From Candidatus Limnocylindrales bacterium (GTDB lineage Bacteria; Chloroflexota; Limnocylindria; Limnocylindrales; CSP1-4), in NCBI GenBank assembly GCA_035699625.1, contig DASSPM010000058.1, positions 3,078 to 67,077 on the forward strand: a stretch of DNA of 64,000 nucleotides, written 5' to 3'. Below, piece by piece: positions 57,802 through 64,000 of the stretch; within the stretch, counting starts at the first letter, position 1, and each line of letters opens with the position of its first letter. The notes beneath the pieces are model-generated. The model saw nothing but the letters and a program-made list of their open reading frames with translations. It was not told where the DNA came from and did not search any database. Position numbers and translations under genes: made by a program.

Positions 57802-60284
57802 TCGATCTCTCCCTCGAGGCGGACGGCCATCTGGAAGCCGGTGTACTCGCCGCGGCCCACGAAGCGCACCAGGAAGGCCCCGGCAGCGTCCACGTAGCGC
57901 TCCGGCCGGACGATGCTGACGCTCTCGGCGCGCGTCGTCCTGCTGAAGGCGGCACCGAACGGCGGGAACTCGACCCAGCGGCCGGCGATGCGGTCGAAGA
58001 GCTGGATGGCCGGCGGGCGTGCTCCGGCCAGCGGGTCGGCCCTGCCGACGGGATCGTCCTGGTCGGGCTGCTCCGCGGGCGGCAGGGGCGAGACCTCCTT
58101 CGACGGCGCGGCCATCTCGGCCGACCCGCCCGGCGCCAGGGCAAGGCTGAGGCGCCGGGGAACGAAGGCGCCCGCGAACGAGGGCGCCCGGTACTCGACG
58201 GTCAAGGTCCCCCGGCCGATGTTGACGCCGTCCGGGCTGAAGCTCGCATCGCCGGCGTCCGCCGCCAGCAGGGTGCGCCGGATGAGCGGGTCGGGGAAGT
58301 AGGCGCTGCCCGAGACCGTCATGCCCAGCGGCAGGATGAAGAGCGCATCGCCCAGCTCGTTGGGCTGCTCACCGGCGAGCTCGACGTCGAGCACGGCACC
58401 CGGGCGCCAGGCCAACAGCAACGGCCCGTCGTCGAAGCCGAACGTGCCGCTCAGCCTGCTGCTGTAGCCGCTGATCATGCTGATGACCTCGCGCCGTGTC
58501 GCCGCGGTTCGATCAGCGGGGTTGACGTCGGGCGCGTAGCTGCCGAAGAGGCGCTCCGAAAGCGGCAGGCCGAACGCCTGCCCGGTGGGTACCCTGAGGT
58601 CGATGGCCCGGGTCTCGCCCGCCTCGAGCGTGCGCAGCGCCACGATGGCGCCGCCGAAGATGACGGCCGCCTGCTCCAGGCGGGCGTCCGACTCGTTCCG
58701 GATGCTGCCCACCAGCCGCCCGCCCTCGTAGCGCAGATCGGCGCTGACGCGGGGCGTGGCCACCTGCGACTCGGCCCGGAAGGCACGCACCGTGCCGTAG
58801 CCCACCTGGAAGTCGCGCAGCCGCGAGGTCTCGCCAGTGAGCACGTCGAGCGGCTGTTCGAAGCCCTGCTGCTGGGCCTGGCTGACCGGGTTCGAGAGCA
58901 GCGCGCCGCCGTGGACCAGCACATCGAAGCGCTGCCGGCTGGGCGAGAAGACGCCCACGTAGGCTTGGCCGAGGCCGGTCTCGGTGCCCGCGGCGCCACG
59001 CACGATGGCGACCTGGTTGACGATCACGTCGCTGCCCTTGAGCAGCCGGCCGAGCGAGTAGCTGGCGAGGCTGAAGATGACGACCAGCACGGGCATCGTC
59101 AGCCACGCCCACTCGCGCCGGTCCAGCCGGCGCAGGACCAGGTAGTTGAGCGGACCGATGAGCGCCACGTAGCCCACCAGCAGGGCGAAGAGCTGGTCGA
59201 TGTCCGGCAGGTCGGCCGCCGGCAGCGACGTGCTCAGGGTGCTCACGACGGCGCCGTCGTCGGGTGTCGAGATGGGATTGACCGTGGGCCCGCCGCGCGA
59301 CGGCAGCAGCCGGCGCCAGAGGCCGATGGCGCTGCCCGAGCCGGCCAGCCACTCGGTGCCCGGATCGAAGCCGATCAGGCTGACGGCGCCCTGTCCGAGG
59401 GGATGCTCGGCGGCGATGGGGCGCTCGCCTGCGCGGGCCAGCACCGAGCCGCGCTCCAGGCGGCCGGTGAGCGCCGGCAGTGCCGTGCTGCCCGAGGGGA
59501 GCTTGCCCAAGAGTCGCGCCAGGTCGGCCCGCGACACGTCGATGGAGCCATCAGGCGTATAGGGCAGCAGGTCGCCGAAGCCGCGCAGCGTGGCCGCACC
59601 CGTGGAGCCTCCGAGGACCACCAGCCGGCCGCCGGAGCCGAGCCAGGCCCGCAGCGCTGCCTTCTGCTGATCGTCCAGCTGGGCGCTGTCGACGTCCTGC
59701 CAGATGAGGCGATCGATGGCCGACCAGGCCTCCACCCGCGCGGGCAGGTCGGCCGGCGTCAGGCTGACCACCGCCGGGCCGGCGGATGCCGTGCTGGTCG
59801 CGGCGGCCTTCAGGTCGGGCACCAGCGCCTGTGGCCGTTCGGCGATGACGGCGATGATGGGCTGGTAGGCGTCGTGCGCAGTGATCGCCGCCTGGGTCGT
59901 GGCCAGCGTGGAGCCGCCGCTGACCAGCGCCACCTCGAGCCGTTGGCGGAAGACCGCCGGCTGCCCGTAGAGGGTGTAGACCTTGGCCGAGTCGGTGGGC
60001 AGGTCGACAGCCGTGCCGTACGAGGAGCGACCCTGTGTCCCACCCGCCAAACGCAGTTCGCCGGTGACGGCGGGACCATCGTTGCGCACGGTGACCTGGA
60101 CCGCCGTCCAGGCACCGACGCGGACGTGCCCGCCGGCCAGCACGCGCGCCTCGAGGGTGATGCCCGCTGCATGCCCGGCCGGCGCACCGGCCAACCAGCC
60201 CAGGCTCAGCGCCATGACCGCCACCAGGCGCGAGTGGCGCGCCGGGCTGCGGGCGTGACGGATGGTGGGACCCCGGTGCGTCAT
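57798..60284 (-). CDS. Large GldG-like / ABC-transporter auxiliary-type protein (signal peptide, beta-rich N-domain, central TM, C-terminal domain; 828 aa)
   Basis: Signal peptide. GGRLVVLGGSTG block like ABC_transp_aux/DUF4350-type domains. Internal TM WLTMPVLVVIFSLASYSL. Stop overlaps the ATPase start. Confidence 0.45.
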   Translation of the reverse strand: MTHRGPTIRHARSPARHSRLVAVMALSLGWLAGAPAGHAAGITLEARVLAGGHVRVGAWTAVQVTVRNDGPAVTGELRLAGGTQGRSSYGTAVDLPTDSAKVYTLYGQPAVFRQRLEVALVSGGSTLATTQAAITAHDAYQPIIAVIAERPQALVPDLKAAATSTASAGPAVVSLTPADLPARVEAWSAIDRLIWQDVDSAQLDDQQKAALRAWLGSGGRLVVLGGSTGAATLRGFGDLLPYTPDGSIDVSRADLARLLGKLPSGSTALPALTGRLERGSVLARAGERPIAAEHPLGQGAVSLIGFDPGTEWLAGSGSAIGLWRRLLPSRGGPTVNPISTPDDGAVVSTLSTSLPAADLPDIDQLFALLVGYVALIGPLNYLVLRRLDRREWAWLTMPVLVVIFSLASYSLGRLLKGSDVIVNQVAIVRGAAGTETGLGQAYVGVFSPSRQRFDVLVHGGALLSNPVSQAQQQGFEQPLDVLTGETSRLRDFQVGYGTVRAFRAESQVATPRVSADLRYEGGRLVGSIRNESDARLEQAAVIFGGAIVALRTLEAGETRAIDLRVPTGQAFGLPLSERLFGSYAPDVNPADRTAATRREVISMISGYSSRLSGTFGFDDGPLLLAWRPGAVLDVELAGEQPNELGDALFILPLGMTVSGSAYFPDPLIRRTLLAADAGDASFSPDGVNIGRGTLTVEYRAPSFAGAFVPRRLSLALAPGGSAEMAAPSKEVSPLPPAEQPDQDDPVGRADPLAGARPPAIQLFDRIAGRWVEFPPFGAAFSRTTRAESVSIVRPERYVDAAGAFLVRFVGRGEYTGFQMAVRLEGEIE

Positions 60285-60418
60285 GCGGCCTCAGCGTACG
60301 CGGCGAGCAGGCTCCCCGCCAGGATGGAGATGCCACCGCCCCGGTCGGGCCGGGCGGATCAGCGGCCAAGACGTGCCGCCCGGCTGGAAAGTTGCACGCC
60401 GCATAAGATTCGCCTCCC

Positions 60419-61711
60419 GTGCCGTCACTCGTACCCTTCCGTGCCCTGCGCTTCGATCCGGCCGTGGCCGGTGCGCTCGAGCGGCTCGTCTGTCCGCCCT
60501 ACGACGTCATCTCCCCGGAGCAGCAGCGCGCGCTGCTCGAACGCGACCCACATAACCTGGTGCGCATCGAACTGCCGCCGGCCGAACCGGGGGACGCGGG
60601 CGACGAGCGCTACGAGCGTGCCGCCGAGGCCCTGCTGGCCTGGCAGGCCGGGAGTGTCCTGGCGAAGGACCCAGCGCCGTCGGTCTACCCCTACGAGCAG
60701 CGCTACCGGCTGCCGGACGGCGCGGAGCGCGTCGGGCGCGGGTTCTTCGCCCGGCTCCGGCTGGAGCCGTACGGTGCCGGCATCCGACCGCACGAGCGGA
60801 CCATGGGCGGGCCCAAGGAGGATCGTTACCGGCTCCTGCGCGCGACCGGCGCCAATCTGAGCCCGATCCTGTTCATCCACGACGGGGAACGGGCCTCGGC
60901 GACCCTGCTCGATGCGTTGACGGCCGATGCAGCCGTCGCCGAGGCCACGGACGACGACGGCGTGCAGCACCGGGTCTGGCGCGTCGCCGGCGGCGACGAG
61001 CGCGTCGCGGAACTGCTCCGCCTCGCGGGGGCCTGCCCGCTGACCATCGCCGATGGGCACCACCGCTACGAGACGGCCCTGCGCTATCGCGACGAGTGTC
61101 TCGGCGTGCGCGTCGACGGCGCGGAGTCATCCGAGCAGTTCGTGCTGGCGCTCGTCTTCGACCTTTCGGACCGGCCGCCGTCGGTGCTGGCGACGCACCG
61201 CCTCGTCGTCGGCGGGCTGCCCGGTGACCTGCTCGAGCGGTTTGCGGACTACGGCGCGCTCGAGCGCCTCGGGTCGGCGGACGTGCTGGTCGAGGCCTTC
61301 CCGGTCGGCGTGCCGCAACCGGGCGCCACGCCACGCATCGGGGTGCTGACACGAGAGGGGGCGGCCCTGCTGCGACCGGACCCGGCGCGCCTCGAGGCGG
61401 CCGTCGATACGGCCCTGCCCGATGCCGTGCGGGCGCTCGACGTCTCGATCCTGGCGGCCCTGCTTCAGGCCGCGCTGGATATCGACCCGGCGGCGGTCGA
61501 AGGCGGCGGCCGGCTGCGCTACACGAAGGACCCGAAGGAGGCCGTGGCGAGCGTCGCGTCTGGCGAGGCGGCGGCAGCCTTCCTGCTCGACCCGACGCCG
61601 CTGGCTTCGGTCGTGGCCGTCGCCTCGGCCGGCGGCGTGATGCCCCAGAAGTCGACCTACTTCCACCCCAAGCCGCCCAGCGGGCTGGTCATCTCGCCAC
61701 CCGGATGGTGA
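60419..61711 (+). CDS. DUF1015 family protein
   Basis: RFDPAVAG...CPPYDVIS and ADGHHRYE blocks typical of DUF1015. Confidence 0.75.
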   Translation: MPSLVPFRALRFDPAVAGALERLVCPPYDVISPEQQRALLERDPHNLVRIELPPAEPGDAGDERYERAAEALLAWQAGSVLAKDPAPSVYPYEQRYRLPDGAERVGRGFFARLRLEPYGAGIRPHERTMGGPKEDRYRLLRATGANLSPILFIHDGERASATLLDALTADAAVAEATDDDGVQHRVWRVAGGDERVAELLRLAGACPLTIADGHHRYETALRYRDECLGVRVDGAESSEQFVLALVFDLSDRPPSVLATHRLVVGGLPGDLLERFADYGALERLGSADVLVEAFPVGVPQPGATPRIGVLTREGAALLRPDPARLEAAVDTALPDAVRALDVSILAALLQAALDIDPAAVEGGGRLRYTKDPKEAVASVASGEAAAAFLLDPTPLASVVAVASAGGVMPQKSTYFHPKPPSGLVISPPGW

Positions 61712-61757
61712 GGCGCATCTTCTCGCCGCGCCCCATGGCGTACAGGAGGTTCCCACG

Positions 61758-62621
61758 GTGACCGACCAGCCGGTGGCGATGCCGACGCGGGAGGGCGGCG
61801 AGCGCCCGCCCCGCCCCATCCGCAAGGACGAGATCGTGATCGAGGAGCGGGGCCTCTACGTCGAGTCTTGGCTACCCGAGCGTCGCTCCCGCCGGCGGCC
61901 GCTCTTCCTGCTGCACGGGGAGCTGACCGGATCGTGGCTGTGGCACCGCTTCCAGGAGTACTTCGCCGGCCGCGGCTGGGAGGCGCACGCGCTCAACCTG
62001 CGCGGCCATTACTGGTCGGAGACCGACGACTATGAGCAACTCGACCTGCTCAGCTATCTCGCCGACGCCGCGGCCGCCGTTGACCGGCTGGCCTCGCCGC
62101 CCGTGGTCCTCGGCCACGGCATGGGCGGCCTGCTGGCGATGAAGCTGGCCGAGCAGCGCGAGCTTGCTGCGCTCGTCCTGCTCAGCCCGACCCTGCCGCG
62201 CCAGCTCCGGCCCCCGGCCAGGCCGCACGAGCTGCACGAGGTGCCCGACATCTTCCAGGCCGACTTCGTCGGCTGGCAGTCGCTGCCCGAGGCCATCCGC
62301 CGCCAGAACCCCGACCTGACCATCGCCGACGTCATCCGCGTGCAGCACCTGATGGGCGCCGAGTCCGGCCGTGCCCGCCGGCAGGCGCTGGCCGGCGTCG
62401 TCGTCGACCGGGCGCGGCTGACCGAGCTGCCCGTGCTGGTCGTCGGTGCCGGCCTCGACCGCTGGTTCCCGGCCGACGACTCGGAGCGGCTGGCGACGTG
62501 GCTGGGCGCGGCCTACGAGCCCTTCGGGGCGCACTCCCACTTCGGGCTGGTGGCAGGCGAGGAGAGCCACGTACAGGTGGCCGATGTGGTGCGCGCCTTC
62601 CTCGAGGCACACCGCCTCTGA
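61758..62621 (+). CDS. Alpha/beta hydrolase-fold protein with G-H-G-M-G in place of the nucleophile elbow (possible non-catalytic or variant hydrolase)
   Basis: LFLLHGELTGS oxyanion-type motif. Elbow reads VLGHGMGGLLAM, where Ser is expected at the first G. AGGAGG ribosome-binding site before GTG 61758. Confidence 0.7.
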   Translation: MTDQPVAMPTREGGERPPRPIRKDEIVIEERGLYVESWLPERRSRRRPLFLLHGELTGSWLWHRFQEYFAGRGWEAHALNLRGHYWSETDDYEQLDLLSYLADAAAAVDRLASPPVVLGHGMGGLLAMKLAEQRELAALVLLSPTLPRQLRPPARPHELHEVPDIFQADFVGWQSLPEAIRRQNPDLTIADVIRVQHLMGAESGRARRQALAGVVVDRARLTELPVLVVGAGLDRWFPADDSERLATWLGAAYEPFGAHSHFGLVAGEESHVQVADVVRAFLEAHRL

Positions 62622-62638
62622 GCTGCGACGGCAGTCTT

Positions 62639-62653
62639 GGCCGCATGGCGGCC
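62639..62653 (+). terminator. Short hairpin ggccgc-atg-gcggcc 18 nt after the hydrolase stop, upstream of tRNA-Glu
   Basis: 6-bp GC stem, 3-nt loop. Confidence 0.25.
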
Positions 62654-62742
62654 TTGGCCAGCCGGGACGTCCTTTGCTAGACTACGGGCCGCTCGACGCG
62701 ACTCGCGGGCCGTCCGGCCCCGCAGGGTACGTCGCGACCGGC

Positions 62743-62819
62743 GCCGCATTCGTCTAGAGGCCTAGGACACCGCCCTCTCAAGGCGGAGATCACCGGTTCG
62801 AATCCGGTATGCGGTACCA
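62743..62819 (+). tRNA. tRNA-Glu: tRNA-Glu (anticodon CUC)
   Basis: Manual cloverleaf: acceptor gccgcat/atgcggt with G1-U72 wobble; D stem gtct/ggac; anticodon stem ccgcc/ggcgg with loop cTCTCaa (U33, CUC, A37); T arm accgg-TTCGAAT-ccggt; discriminator A plus encoded CCA. Confidence 0.75.
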
Positions 62820-62917
62820 ACTCCGCTCTCATCGCCAATGACCGTGCGCGCCCGGGCGTTGACGGTCGATGAGGCAGTCGCCTCGCTCTCGACTGCTGAG
62901 GTGCTTCGGACTCGATC

Positions 62918-63316
62918 TTACCGGCGGTGGAAGATCGCGTATCCGTCCCAGAGCGTCCCGGACGCCGCGTCGAACACGTACACCACGTGCGCGCCGACGA
63001 GCCAGTCCAAGGCGACCGACCCGCAGCGAGCCCAGTCGAATGTCGCGTGCAGCTCATTGCCGGAGATCGCGCCCGACAGTCGGGACCGGAAGACGTCGGT
63101 GGGTGCCCTGCTACCGACGCAGACATTGCCACGCAGGTCGGTGAACGTGATGGTGACGTCGTCGCTGCCCGACACGGACAGCAAGAGCTTGCTCCCGTCG
63201 CCGGCCGGAGGAGCCGGGTCCTGACCGACCCAACTCGCGGTGAACGGGATCGTGCAGGAAGAGTCTCCGCATGACTCAATGCCTCGGGCCCACCGGAGAC
63301 GAGAGCCATATGTCAC
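62918..63316 (-). CDS. Hypothetical Cys-containing protein (about 132 aa)
   Basis: GTG start. No recognisable motif. Could be non-coding. Confidence 0.25.
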   Translation of the reverse strand: MTYGSRLRWARGIESCGDSSCTIPFTASWVGQDPAPPAGDGSKLLLSVSGSDDVTITFTDLRGNVCVGSRAPTDVFRSRLSGAISGNELHATFDWARCGSVALDWLVGAHVVYVFDAASGTLWDGYAIFHRR

Positions 63317-63345
63317 GTCCGGCCTGGGGGTGTGCCGGTTCTGCG

Positions 63346-63855
63346 CTACTCCCCGCCGTCGGCGGCGATGACGATGATCGTGCCGCGCATCCGGGCGTCC
63401 CAGTGCCCGGGCACGTGGCAACCCATGAGGACCACGGCTGGTGTCTCGAACGTGACGATCAACTCCGCGGTCCCGCCGGGCTCAGCGAGCACGGCGGTTC
63501 CGTGATCTCTCATCTCGAGCGGTCCCTGGCGTCCGAAGAACGTTCGCATCTGTGCCTCGTGGCGCACCTGGTCCGCCTCGTCGCCGATGGTCAGGTCGTG
63601 GATGACCGATCCGGCGTTCGATACCACGAACCTGATCGTCTCACCGGCGCGGACGACCACGCGATCCGGCTCGAACCGCATCGCGTCGGTGGCCGTCAGC
63701 CGTATCACGCGAGGCGCCCCGGCGGTCCCGGTGACGCCGGCCGGGCCGGCCGGCGCCGCGCTACGGGCGTCCGGCGCACAGCTGGTCGCCGCCGCCGCCA
63801 CGAGCACCGCCAAGGCGACGACGCTTGGTCCCATCCTCGCCGGCCTCGAGGTCAC
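63346..63855 (-). CDS. Cupredoxin-like (type-1 copper site) secreted/lipoprotein
   Basis: Signal plus Cys (LVAAAATSCAP). Likely copper ligands H…C…H…M in SVIHDLTIG…GCHVPGHWDARMRG. Alternative ATG at 63834. Confidence 0.6.
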   Translation of the reverse strand: MTSRPARMGPSVVALAVLVAAAATSCAPDARSAAPAGPAGVTGTAGAPRVIRLTATDAMRFEPDRVVVRAGETIRFVVSNAGSVIHDLTIGDEADQVRHEAQMRTFFGRQGPLEMRDHGTAVLAEPGGTAELIVTFETPAVVLMGCHVPGHWDARMRGTIIVIAADGGE

Positions 63856-63857
63856 CG

Positions 63858-64000
63858 CTACGGGGTGACCTCGAACGCAAGGCGGAACGCCGGCAGGTTC
63901 TCTCCAGCGTGGTCGTCGGCGTAGGTGAGCTGCGGGATCCGGTAGTTGTAGACCCCCTCGACGTCGGTTCCCTTGTAGAGCCCAGGGTAGAGGTCGATGT
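63858..64000 (-). CDS. 3' end of an unidentified gene that runs off the window (C-terminus ...YNYRIPQLTYADDHAGENLPAFRLAFEVTP*)
   Basis: Minus-strand frame open to the window edge. Stop (TAG) at 63858-63860 abuts the cupredoxin start. Confidence 0.35.
   Translation of the reverse strand, partial: IDLYPGLYKGTDVEGVYNYRIPQLTYADDHAGENLPAFRLAFEVTP

Noticed and set aside
62743-64000. tRNA-adjacent genomic island or prophage
   Set aside because: No integrase, no phage genes, no duplicated tRNA 3' end, and GC content stays at the genome-typical level. Only about 1.2 kb is visible downstream, so this cannot be fully excluded.

Overview
This is a very GC-rich (about 70-73% G+C) stretch of bacterial chromosome with actinobacterial-type content: Ku and LigD, a class F-like sortase, a PBP1A, dodecin, and GTG starts with GGAGG-type ribosome-binding sites. 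It is densely coding, with roughly 57 protein genes and one tRNA-Glu(CUC). I found no rRNA, CRISPR array, transposase, integrase or prophage signature, so it looks like core chromosome rather than a mobile island.

Main content, in order:
- a membrane GAF-GGDEF diguanylate cyclase
- LigD with PE-Lig-Pol domain order
- a stress cluster: bicupin, CsbD, AI-2E permease
- CorA followed by two paralogous histidine kinases and an OmpR-type regulator
- a co-directional TopoIB / membrane protein / PBP1A / hemerythrin string
- a secreted caspase-fold peptidase-like protein
- an ABC-2 exporter, then Ku and a BON protein
- MutY and NnrE
- a lipoate-dependent 2-oxoacid dehydrogenase operon (lpd, E1alpha, E1beta, E2, lipA) with an adenosine-deaminase-family enzyme
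- an acyl-CoA dehydrogenase / TerB-like / dodecin group
- an acetyl/acetoacetyl-CoA synthetase
- a class F-like sortase

The most striking feature is an eight-gene, translationally coupled minus-strand operon at 46.7-60.3 kb. It joins a GldG-like auxiliary protein and an ABC ATPase plus ABC-2 permease to a double-TM, coiled-coil protein carrying a (QQPGQG)n array, then MoxR AAA+, DUF58 and two BatA-type VWA membrane proteins.

Many long ORFs in the six-frame track are antisense or alternative-frame artefacts of the high GC content. I ignored them.
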